Shown here: piece by piece, positions 56,423-64,000 of the stretch | Numbering within the stretch: position 1 is the stretch's first letter | Layout: every line of letters starts with the position of its first letter | Notes under the pieces: model-generated | Databases searched by the model: none | What the model saw: only the letters and a program-made list of their open reading frames with translations | What the model was told of the DNA's origin: nothing | Source of the DNA: an uncultured Gammaproteobacteria bacterium | GTDB lineage: Bacteria > Pseudomonadota > Gammaproteobacteria > Steroidobacterales > Steroidobacteraceae | DNA: 64,000 nucleotides | Direction of reading: 5' to 3' | NCBI GenBank assembly: GCA_963749775.1 | Contig: CAVVPB010000003.1 | Location: forward strand, 402,004-466,003 | Made by a program: the position numbers and the translations under genes

Positions 56423-56501
56423 AAGGTGTGCGGGACGATCGCGTATCATATCCACGCCCATAAATGGCGCATTGATGCGTTGATCGTTCAATCACGGGGG
56501 A

Positions 56502-56885
56502 ATGGCAATGACGATGAAATTTAAGGCGGGCTTAGGCGCATTGTTGGCGATTGCCGTATTGACGATCGCGCCAGTAGCCGGTGCCGCAGATGTCACCGGT
56601 ACCTGGCTGATGGCGGTGGAAACCGGCGCTGGCAGCGGATCTCCGACATTCATCCTGGTCCAAAAAGGCGAAGCGCTTTCCGGAAGCTACAAAGGCCAGC
56701 TGGGCGAAGCGCAGGTGACCGGCACGGTGAAGGGCGATGATGTGACAATTGAATACACCGTCGCCGGGCAGGGCGGTCAAAGCCTCGCGGTCAAGTATTC
56801 CGGCAAAACCGACGGGAAAAAGATGAGCGGCAAGGTGTCGCTCGGGCAGTTGGGCGAAGGCACGTTTACCGGCACCAAGCAGTGA
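56502..56885 (+). CDS. Small secreted hypothetical protein
   Basis: Signal peptide ..AIAVLTIAPVAGAADV. Beta-rich ..GTWLMAVETGAGSGSPTFILVQKGEALSGSY.. Confidence 0.5.
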   Translation: MAMTMKFKAGLGALLAIAVLTIAPVAGAADVTGTWLMAVETGAGSGSPTFILVQKGEALSGSYKGQLGEAQVTGTVKGDDVTIEYTVAGQGGQSLAVKYSGKTDGKKMSGKVSLGQLGEGTFTGTKQ

Positions 56886-56894
56886 CGTGAAGGG

Positions 56895-56916
56895 CGCCGG
56901 CCCGAGAATGCCGGCG
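56895..56916 (+). terminator. Hairpin CGCCGGC-N8-GCCGGCG followed by TTAAAATCT
   Basis: Read directly, 10 nt after the stop at 56885. Confidence 0.45.
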
Positions 56917-57209
56917 TTAAAATCTCGCTTAAAGTCCGCCGGGCGGCGGCGTAAAGCGCGGCCTTAAGTTAAGCCAAACAAAAAACGGCGGACTTCGTGC
57001 GCTGCGTTGCATCGCATCTGCGAAGTAGTTCTCATCTTGCGTGTTTATCCCTCCGCAGTGCTCATTCTGCGCGCGCCAGCGCACGCAAATGTGACCCAAA
57101 GCATGTCGAAAACCCCTGATTTGCCCGACCCTTATTGTGTTAAGCGAAACACCAAAATGGGTCGGGTGCGGATGCTAGTCGCAACGCAACAAAGCCGGGT
57201 TCGGGGTAA

Positions 57210-59261
57210 TTGCGGTACGGGACTCCTATGATGCCGAAAAGTCTGAGAAAACATGAGGTTGCCGAACCGGAGCCAACCGAGCGGCCACCGCTTGAGGCGG
57301 TCAAAAAGCAGAAGCTCAGCGTGCTTTTGGTGACCGAAGACGATGAGCTGTGGCCGCTGATCGGCACGGATTTGAGCGGCGCCTTTGCCCTCAAGCAGCT
57401 CGATTCCATTGATGAACTGATCAACTCCACGCCGCCCGGACAGGCCGCCATCGTCCTGTGGGACGCACGTAACAACTCCGACCATGCCGCGGTCCTCTCG
57501 CGCCTGCATTTGCATTCGTCCCGCTGTGCCATCATCGCGCTGGACGATGCTCTCAGCGCCGGCGCCTGGACCATCCTGACCCAGCAGCGGCAAGTAGTCG
57601 CCCACGTGGCTGTGCCCCTAACAGGCAATGCGTTGGCCGGCGCCCTCGATAGCGCACACGAAGAGGTGAACTCGCGCATCGCGCTTCTCGGCGACGGCGC
57701 AGAGCCCGTGCTCGCCGCGTCGGGGCCTCCGAGCAAGCCGTGGCTCGTGCCGGTCATTATCGGTGGCGTGCTCGTGGCTGCCGTGGTTGCCTACCTGCTG
57801 ACGCGTCGTGGCACTGACGTAAGCCCACCGACTACGGCCGCAGGCACCGCTCATACGGTCCCCGCCGTGCAAGCACCCGGCAAATCCCTGGCGGAGGTCG
57901 ACGAGAAAGTCGATGCACTCATCCAGAAAGCTCAGCAGGCGATGCTCGATCGGCATTTCATAGATCCGGTATCCGGCAGCGCCCTATCGCTTTATCGGGA
58001 AGTGCTGATCGTTGATCCCGACAATGGCGAAGCGCGGCAGGGCCTGCAGCGCCTATCCGAAATACTGATTGCGCGCGTGCAATCGGCGCTCGATGACCGC
58101 AAATTTGATGTCGCTTTGCAGTTCCTGGAAACGGCCCGCAGTATCGACGCCAACGATCAGCGTCTTTATGCACTCGATGAAAAAATTGCGAACCTGCGCG
58201 CGGAATTGGGTCCGGCGCAGATTCTCGCGGCGCTGAACGCGCAGAATTTTGATCGCGCGACCCAGCTGATTGACGAGGCAGGCCGTACCAAGGCCCTGCC
58301 GCTCGCGAAATTGACCCAGCTGCGCGATGAAGTGCACCGGCGACGCGACGAATTCGAAGTCGCCCGCCTGCTCAAGCTCGTCGATGCGCGCGTGCAGCAG
58401 GACCATTTGATTGATCCGCGCAACGACAGCGCCGTCTACTATCTCGATCAGGCGAAGCAGGCGGGCGCGAGTGCGCCGGCGGTGCAGGCGCAGGCCCAGG
58501 ATCTGACCAAACGCATGGCGCAAATGGCGCGTGCGGCCATCGACCAGCATCGTTTCAGCGATGCGGATCGCTTGATCGTGGAGCTGCGCGGCATCGGCGC
58601 GCCGGCTGCGGCGGCAACTTTGCAACGTGAGCTAAGCGCTGCACGCAATCAGCCGGCGCAAAAGCCCGAGCTTCCGCAATATCTGGAACTCGCGCAGGCG
58701 CGCCTCGCCCAGGGCAAATTGACCGAGCCCGACGGCGACAATGCACTGTTCTACGTGAATCAATTGCGCACAGCCGATCCGAAGAGCAGCGGGCTCTCGC
58801 AAATATCCGGCGCACTGCAGGCGCAGATCGTCGACCGCGCGCGTGCCGCGCTCGATGCCGGCGACTTGGAAAAATCCGAGGCGCTGGCGCAATCGGCAGG
58901 CGGACTTGGCGGTTCACCGGACCTGGAGGCGTTGAACGACCGCATACGTCAAAAGAAAGTAGCGGCCGGCGACGTACCTCAGTTGCCCGAGCAGTCCCTG
59001 ACGCGGTTGAACAAGCTCGACGTCCAGTATCCTCCGCGCGCCCTGCAGGACAATGTCGAGGGTTGGGTGGAAGTCGCGTACATCGTCAAGGCGGATGGTT
59101 CGGTCACTAATGTCAAGGTAGTGAATGCCGCGCCTCCCAAGGTCTTTGACGCCTCGGCTTCCCGAGCGGTGAGCCGACTGCGGTATCAGCCGGTGGTGCA
59201 AGGCGGCAAGCCGATGGCGATCGGCACCGAGGTGCGTATCGTCTATCGCGTTCCTAAATAG
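57210..59261 (+). CDS. Receiver-like domain / TM / repeated helical periplasmic modules / TonB C-terminal domain protein
   Basis: N-terminus KLSVLLVTEDDELW..AAIVLWDARN.. (receiver-like). TM WLVPVIIGGVLVAAVVAYLL. At least three modules of about 75 aa (..LDRHFIDPVSGSALSLYREVL.., ..QDHLIDPRNDSAVYYLDQA.., ..GKLTEPDGDNALFYVNQL..). TonB_C ..YPPRALQDNVEGWVEVAYIVKADGSVTNVKVV... The start is uncertain (57210 or 57228). Confidence 0.75.
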   Translation: MRYGTPMMPKSLRKHEVAEPEPTERPPLEAVKKQKLSVLLVTEDDELWPLIGTDLSGAFALKQLDSIDELINSTPPGQAAIVLWDARNNSDHAAVLSRLHLHSSRCAIIALDDALSAGAWTILTQQRQVVAHVAVPLTGNALAGALDSAHEEVNSRIALLGDGAEPVLAASGPPSKPWLVPVIIGGVLVAAVVAYLLTRRGTDVSPPTTAAGTAHTVPAVQAPGKSLAEVDEKVDALIQKAQQAMLDRHFIDPVSGSALSLYREVLIVDPDNGEARQGLQRLSEILIARVQSALDDRKFDVALQFLETARSIDANDQRLYALDEKIANLRAELGPAQILAALNAQNFDRATQLIDEAGRTKALPLAKLTQLRDEVHRRRDEFEVARLLKLVDARVQQDHLIDPRNDSAVYYLDQAKQAGASAPAVQAQAQDLTKRMAQMARAAIDQHRFSDADRLIVELRGIGAPAAAATLQRELSAARNQPAQKPELPQYLELAQARLAQGKLTEPDGDNALFYVNQLRTADPKSSGLSQISGALQAQIVDRARAALDAGDLEKSEALAQSAGGLGGSPDLEALNDRIRQKKVAAGDVPQLPEQSLTRLNKLDVQYPPRALQDNVEGWVEVAYIVKADGSVTNVKVVNAAPPKVFDASASRAVSRLRYQPVVQGGKPMAIGTEVRIVYRVPK

Positions 59262-59273
59262 CATGGCGGCGAG

Positions 59274-60626
59274 ATGAACACTCAAACTGTAACGACGGCG
59301 ACAACCATAACCACGACAGTGCTTGCCGTGCCGACGGCGGCCGAGCGCAGCCGGGGCACAGTGCTGTGCCTCATCGTGCACGATGAATTGGAATTGCGGC
59401 TTCGGCTCGCGGGCCTGGTGCGCCGGGCCATGCCGAAAATCGATGCGGACACGGTCACCCGCGCGGGGTTTGATGCGCTATCGATCGAGCGTCTTCAGGC
59501 GTATGTCGCCGTGATGTTCATCGTCGAATTCAGCCCGCCGGACGCGGCAGCGGCATCCTTGGCCGCTCTCAAGCGATTGCACGAGCAGGCGCCCAATCTA
59601 CCGATATTCGTATTCGCGCGCGGCGGCAACGAGCGAAGCGCCGCACGCGCGATGAAATTGGGCGCCAGCGATTACTGGCCAATCCATTCTGTGATCGTCG
59701 GGGAGTTATGCAGCGCGCTGCAGCCTCTCATCGAGCAGGCCCAATCGCCGCCCCTCGCGGCGAGTACCGCGGCGGATCGATGGCGGCAGCCGGAGATTGC
59801 CGGCTATACATTGTTGAAGAAGATCGCACAGTCGGCTGCGGCGGGCGTTTATCTCGCCCGCAACGACGAGTTCGCCCAACCCGTGGCTCTGAAAGTCGAG
59901 GCGATCAAGGGACCGCAGATCGTTTCCGAGGCCGATAGGGAGCGGTTCACCAAAGAGTGCGAGATTTTGTCGAAGCTGAATCACCGATCGATTGCGAACG
60001 TACTCGACTTTGGCACGACCGACGACTACCTGTTTCTGGCCCTGGAATACTTTCCCTGCGGCAGCTTGCGCGAACGGCTAAAACATCCCGTGAGTGAGGC
60101 GGATGCCGTCAATTACGCGCATCAGATCGGCGAAGCCCTGCAGATCGTGCATGCCGCCCGCGTGGTACACCGCGATTTGAAGCCGTCGAATCTCATGTTG
60201 ACCAACGAAAATCGCTTGGTGCTGATTGACTTCGGCTCGGCGCGAACGCAATTCGCATCGACCGACCTGGCGCGTTCCGGCGATTGCACCGGTACTCCGT
60301 ACTATGTCTGCCCGGAGCAAATTGATGACCGCGAACCCGATGCCCGGGGCGATCTCTACAGCCTCGGCGTGGTGTTGTTCGAAATGCTCTCAGGCAACCT
60401 ACCCTTTACCGGCAAGACCCTCGCCGACATCCTGGCGGCGCATCGTTCGACACCCGTGCCACGCTTGCCCGAAAGCCTGGCGCTCTATCAGCCGATCATC
60501 GATCGCTTGCTGGCAAAAGATCCGCAGGGGCGATACGCATCGGCCGCTGAGTTTCTCGACGCCTTGGACGCGTTGCGCGCGGAATCGATCGCGCGCAAGA
60601 CCAACAAATCACCGCGGAGTCCTTGA
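59274..60626 (+). CDS. Degenerate receiver-like domain fused to a Hanks-type Ser/Thr protein kinase
   Basis: Kinase motifs VALKV, HRDLKPSNLM, LIDFGSA and GTPYYVCPEQ. N-terminus VLCLIVHDELEL..VAVMFIVEFSPPD..PIFVFARGG..GASDYWPI. 12 nt after the previous stop. Confidence 0.8.
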   Translation: MNTQTVTTATTITTTVLAVPTAAERSRGTVLCLIVHDELELRLRLAGLVRRAMPKIDADTVTRAGFDALSIERLQAYVAVMFIVEFSPPDAAAASLAALKRLHEQAPNLPIFVFARGGNERSAARAMKLGASDYWPIHSVIVGELCSALQPLIEQAQSPPLAASTAADRWRQPEIAGYTLLKKIAQSAAAGVYLARNDEFAQPVALKVEAIKGPQIVSEADRERFTKECEILSKLNHRSIANVLDFGTTDDYLFLALEYFPCGSLRERLKHPVSEADAVNYAHQIGEALQIVHAARVVHRDLKPSNLMLTNENRLVLIDFGSARTQFASTDLARSGDCTGTPYYVCPEQIDDREPDARGDLYSLGVVLFEMLSGNLPFTGKTLADILAAHRSTPVPRLPESLALYQPIIDRLLAKDPQGRYASAAEFLDALDALRAESIARKTNKSPRSP

Positions 60627-60629
60627 TTC

Positions 60630-62825
60630 ATGAATCCTCGTCAAACCAGAGCCTTATTTCCCCGTCTAACCAGCGGAGGTCTCGGGGTGCTGGTCGTCAT
60701 TCTCTCATTTAGCTTCGTCGCGATCGTGCTGATACCGGGGCTGGAACTCGCCAGCGAATTGGCTGAAAGCAGCGTCGCCCTCAAGTTTGCGGGAGAGCAA
60801 CAACGCAATCCGGCGCTCATCCGCGCCTCGCTCGAGTCGATGCGCGATCGCTTGGTCAATCGCGGCTACATCCAAGAAGCTTTGGATCAACTGCGCGACT
60901 CAACCGCCAAGCTCGACGCCGGGCTGCGCGCAATGAACGCGCCACGGCCGGCGAGCTGGTTTGCCCTGGCGGGCGACACCAGCGCCAAGGGCGAGCCGGT
61001 TGCGGGAAAGCATGCCGCGGTTTTGCGCGAAGTTTGGTCCGCGGAACTGGAATCGTTGCAGCCGCTTCTCAATTTCAAGGGGGTGCCGTACCAGGATAAC
61101 GAAGCGACCGGCACGGTCCTCAACGAGAGCGGCAAGCAGCTGGAGCGCGACGTCACCGCGGCGCTGCGCGTCGGCCGGCGCGCCATACCCCAGCTTGACA
61201 GCGAGCTGACGGCAATTGTCGGCGACCTACAGACCGGCAACGCCCGTTCCGCCACCGAGCTGCGGCTCGTCATGCTCACGGGCCTGCTCATCGCCTTGGT
61301 GTTGGGGACACTGGTGTCGACGTTGCTGCTCGCGCGGCGGCGGCAAGACGCCTCGCTGCGCGAAGCACGCCAGCAGACCGCGGACATTTTGCGCACCGTC
61401 AAAGATGGTTTGTTCCTGCTCGATGAACACCTGGTGATCGGCGCCTCGTATTCCAGTGCGCTGGAATCGCTGTTTCAGCGTACTGACTTTGCCGGCCTGC
61501 CATTCGAAAGCTTGCTGAAAGGCGTCGTGTCTGAGAAGACTTTGGCAACCGCGCTGAAATTCGTCGGCATCCTGTGGTCGGAGCGTACCAAGGAGAACTT
61601 GGTCAAGTCGATTAATCCGCTCGGCGAGGTCGAGGTCAATTTCGACACGGGACCAGGCAGAGTCTCGACGCGCTATCTGCAATTCGATTTCCATCGAGTA
61701 CGCGTGGACGGCAAGATCACGCACGTACTGGTGGCGGTGTCGGATGTAAGCGCGCGCGTGGATCTCGCCCGGGAACTGCAGAGCTCACAAACGCAGGCGC
61801 AGGCACAGGTCGATACGCTATTGGGGATCCTGCACGTCGACCCCGCGCAGCTTGCGGCATTTCTAAACGACTCCAACGCCGCGATGAAAATGATCAACGC
61901 GGTGCTGCGCGAGCCGGCACGCGAGGAATCCGCCTTCCGCAAGAAATTGGACACCCTGTTTCGCCAGGTTCACTCGGTCAAGGGCGAGGCCGCGGCCTTG
62001 GGGCTGTCCTCGATCGAAAGCCGCGCGCATTCCTTCGAGGATGATTTGAAGCATCTGCGCGAAAAGTCGGATTTGTCCGGCAACGATTTCCTGCCGCTGG
62101 TCATCAAGCTCGATGATTTGTTGACCCACTTGCAATCCGTGGGCGATCTGGTATCGCGTCTTGCGCGCCTGCACGTGGCGGCGACGGGCAATGATTCGCA
62201 TACGGATACGGCGGTGATCGAGCATGGGGAAATGCTCCCGAAGCCCGACAACACCATGGGCGCCATGCTGCAGCAGCTGACCGCCCGCGTGGCGAGTGAG
62301 AATAACAAAGAGGCAGTGCTGCAATGCCTAGGGTTCGACACCGTGCCGGATGCCTATCGGCGCATCGTGAAAGACATCTCCGTTCAGGCGGTACGCAACG
62401 CGATCGTTCATGGCATTGAGCCCACGACCGAGCGGCTCAACGCCGGAAAACCCGCGCAAGGCATGCTTAAGCTGATATTCCAGGATGTCGGCGAGGCGGG
62501 CTACAAATTCATCGCCGAAGACGACGGCCAGGGTCTGTCGACCGATAAGATCAAACATGCTGCTTTGAAGAAAGGATTTATCACCCCAGAAAAAGCGCTG
62601 ACCTTGGACGCGAAGCAGGTATTTTCCCTGCTATTCCAGCCGGGGTTCTCCACCGTCGAGACCGCCACCAAGGACGCGGGGCGCGGCGTGGGGATGAATT
62701 TGATGGCCGGGCTGATGCAGCAGATCGGCGGCAAAGTTTCGGTGGCCACCGTGCCGGGAAAATTTACTAGGCTCACACTGAGCCTGCCGCCCGCTAAGCG
62801 CGCCGGAAATACGGAAGCCGCCTAA
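60630..62825 (+). CDS. Membrane-anchored CheA-type histidine kinase: 2 TM with helical periplasmic domain, PAS-like, Hpt, CheA-like HATPase, no CheW-like P5 domain
   Basis: TM1 LGVLVVILSFSFVAIVLIPGL. TM2 LVMLTGLLIALVLGTLVSTLLLA. Hpt FRQVHSVKGEAAALGL. CheA-style N box VRNAIVHGIE..AGKPAQGMLKL. Also EDDGQGL, PGFST and GRGVGMN. The protein ends 12 aa after ..RLTLSLP. Confidence 0.8.
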   Translation: MNPRQTRALFPRLTSGGLGVLVVILSFSFVAIVLIPGLELASELAESSVALKFAGEQQRNPALIRASLESMRDRLVNRGYIQEALDQLRDSTAKLDAGLRAMNAPRPASWFALAGDTSAKGEPVAGKHAAVLREVWSAELESLQPLLNFKGVPYQDNEATGTVLNESGKQLERDVTAALRVGRRAIPQLDSELTAIVGDLQTGNARSATELRLVMLTGLLIALVLGTLVSTLLLARRRQDASLREARQQTADILRTVKDGLFLLDEHLVIGASYSSALESLFQRTDFAGLPFESLLKGVVSEKTLATALKFVGILWSERTKENLVKSINPLGEVEVNFDTGPGRVSTRYLQFDFHRVRVDGKITHVLVAVSDVSARVDLARELQSSQTQAQAQVDTLLGILHVDPAQLAAFLNDSNAAMKMINAVLREPAREESAFRKKLDTLFRQVHSVKGEAAALGLSSIESRAHSFEDDLKHLREKSDLSGNDFLPLVIKLDDLLTHLQSVGDLVSRLARLHVAATGNDSHTDTAVIEHGEMLPKPDNTMGAMLQQLTARVASENNKEAVLQCLGFDTVPDAYRRIVKDISVQAVRNAIVHGIEPTTERLNAGKPAQGMLKLIFQDVGEAGYKFIAEDDGQGLSTDKIKHAALKKGFITPEKALTLDAKQVFSLLFQPGFSTVETATKDAGRGVGMNLMAGLMQQIGGKVSVATVPGKFTRLTLSLPPAKRAGNTEAA

Positions 62826-63217
62826 TGGATATCGAGGCCGGTTCCAAGGCTTCCCTGAAGCTTATGATCGTTGATGATTCCAATATCATTCGTCGTCGTA
62901 TTGAACGCTCTCAGCAAATCGCCCGCCTAGAGGTGGTCGGTGCCGCGAGCAACGGCCGGGCGGCCGTGGAAATGTTCCTGCGCACTCAGCCGGATGTCGT
63001 GACGATGGATCTGACCATGCCCGAGATGGACGGAATCGAATGCGTCAAGGAGTTGGTCTCCATCAATTCAAACGTGTTGATCTTGGTCGTTTCGGCTCTT
63101 GCCGATAAGGCGACAGCCGTCGAAGCGATAGAAAATGGCGCAAACGGGTTTCTCTGCAAGCCTTTCACAGATCGCCAGCTCAACGATGCGTTAGAAGAGC
63201 TGCTGTCGGAGGCTTGA
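62825..63217 (+). CDS. cheY: CheY-like single-domain response regulator
   Basis: LMIVDDS, VVTMDLTMPEMDG, LVVSAL and FLCKPF. TAATG overlap with the kinase gene. Confidence 0.9.
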   Translation: MDIEAGSKASLKLMIVDDSNIIRRRIERSQQIARLEVVGAASNGRAAVEMFLRTQPDVVTMDLTMPEMDGIECVKELVSINSNVLILVVSALADKATAVEAIENGANGFLCKPFTDRQLNDALEELLSEA

Positions 63218-63218
63218 G

Positions 63219-63665
63219 ATGTTCAAGGAAGCAGAAATTCGCACATTCGTTGAGGGAACGACCAATTATTTCGAGACCTCGGCGCAGCAGTCGGCCACCG
63301 TCGGATCGCCCTATCTTGTGACGGACGGCAAGCCCGGCGCTTACGAGTACACCGGCGTCATCGGCATCACCGGCGCGCGCAAGGGCATCGTTTATTTCAC
63401 CGCTCCGCGCGGCATGCTCACCGTATTGCTGATGCGCATGCAGGAAACCGACACCAGCGACGAAAACATCAAGGATCTGGTTGGCGAAGTGGCCAACACC
63501 ATTTCCGGCAATGCGCGCCGGGATTTCGGCAAGAACTTCGTCATTTCGGTCCCGGTGGTCATTGCGCACGATTTGGAAAAGGTGACCACGCCGTATTCGC
63601 GCTCCTTTGTGATTCCCATCAACTGGCGGACCCACTCCGCCAAACTCGTGGTCTGCCTGGAGTAA
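63219..63665 (+). CDS. cheX: CheX/CheC-type CheY-P phosphatase
   Basis: ..VIGITGARKGIVYF.. and the phosphatase-type motif LVGEVANTISGNARRDFGKNFVISVP (E-x2-N ... P). Starts 1 nt after the cheY stop. Confidence 0.75.
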   Translation: MFKEAEIRTFVEGTTNYFETSAQQSATVGSPYLVTDGKPGAYEYTGVIGITGARKGIVYFTAPRGMLTVLLMRMQETDTSDENIKDLVGEVANTISGNARRDFGKNFVISVPVVIAHDLEKVTTPYSRSFVIPINWRTHSAKLVVCLE

Positions 63666-63675
63666 CCCCGTTCGG

Positions 63676-64000
63676 CTATTTTCCGTCGACGGAAAAGGCC
63701 AACAGCACGTTAACCCCGTTGCTGCCGGTGCGCGCCGCGCCATTGAAGCCGGACATCGTGTAGACCATGCCGCCGGCAATAGTCGGCCCCATGCCGTCGA
63801 TCCCGCCGCCAGGCTGAGCCGGATGGCCGTTGACGGTGCTATAGGTCTGAGCGGTGGTGCTGAACTCCCATACAATTCTGCCGCTTAAGGCATCGTAGGC
63901 TCGAAACCAGCCATCCAGGGTGCCGGAGAAGACAATCTCGGGCATGACCGCCGGCGCCGCTGATTGCGCCCGCACGCAGGCGCCCTTGGTGTAGTCCTTC
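63676..64000 (-). CDS. 3' part of a PQQ-dependent dehydrogenase / beta-propeller gene (continues right of the window)
   Basis: ..IVFSGTLDGWFRAYDALSGRIVWEFST..GGMVYTMSGF..LLAFSVDGK*. The ORF is open to the window edge. Confidence 0.6.
   Translation of the reverse strand, partial: KDYTKGACVRAQSAAPAVMPEIVFSGTLDGWFRAYDALSGRIVWEFSTTAQTYSTVNGHPAQPGGGIDGMGPTIAGGMVYTMSGFNGAARTGSNGVNVLLAFSVDGK
63679..63696. terminator. 18-bp perfect palindrome TTTTCCGTCGACGGAAAA at the convergent cheX / PQQ gene junction
   Basis: Read directly. It overlaps the last codons of the minus-strand gene and has A/T runs on both sides, so it could act in both directions. Confidence 0.45.

Noticed and set aside
55823-56491. 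222-aa ORF antisense to the di-haem cytochrome gene
   Set aside because: Same reasoning. The sense strand has an RBS, a signal peptide and two CXXCH motifs, and the antisense product has none.
1-64000. Mobile elements, prophage, defence islands, CRISPR, rRNA/tRNA
   Set aside because: I found no transposase, integrase, phage structural, restriction, Cas or toxin-antitoxin signatures in any listed ORF. I also found no long terminal inverted repeats or RNA-gene hallmarks in the intergenic regions I read. This was a by-eye inspection, not an exhaustive one.

Overview
GC-rich chromosomal segment, probably from a soil or freshwater proteobacterium (taxon guessed from protein families only). About 55 protein-coding genes. 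I saw no rRNA, tRNA, CRISPR array, transposase, integrase or recognisable defence gene.

Content from left to right:
- 0-27 kb: a signalling and stress-type segment. It holds two FixL-like sensor kinases (one broken), a receiver fragment, a single-domain receiver and a FixJ/NarL-type regulator. It also holds small secreted proteins: an Asn-repeat protein, a glycine-zipper protein, a LysM remnant, a DUF2490-like OMP, DUF202, DUF1622 and YHS. Other genes are a GH63-like hydrolase, an MBL hydrolase, a GMC oxidoreductase, a SulP permease fused in frame to a Tat-signal amidase, and a BASS-FGE pair.
- 27-33 kb: a persulfide dioxygenase-rhodanese gene and an XRE/cupin - AlkB - EndoIII-like - MFS operon.
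- 33.9-46 kb: an eight-gene plus-strand operon. It encodes a TonB-dependent receptor, DgcN, three beta-lactamase-fold serine hydrolases, DgcA, a POT peptide permease and a YkvI-like permease. I read it as a D-Glu / D-amino-acid peptide salvage locus.
- 46-57 kb: an RHH-SRPBCC pair, a DUF1800/DUF1501 pair, an SDR, a TraR/DksA zinc finger, an OmpR-type RR/HK plus HtrA, and a di-haem cytochrome.
- 57.2-63.7 kb: a tightly coupled five-gene signalling operon. It encodes a receiver-like TonB-C protein, a receiver-like Ser/Thr kinase, a membrane CheA-type kinase without a CheW domain, CheY and CheX. This is my best candidate for an undescribed system.

Two sequence-level signals stand out:
- A DosR-box-like palindrome (GGACC-WW-GGTCC) recurs in at least eight promoter regions of the first 27 kb.
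- At least 13 single-base frame disruptions occur, all left of 36.1 kb.

All family assignments are by eye from motifs. No database search was run.
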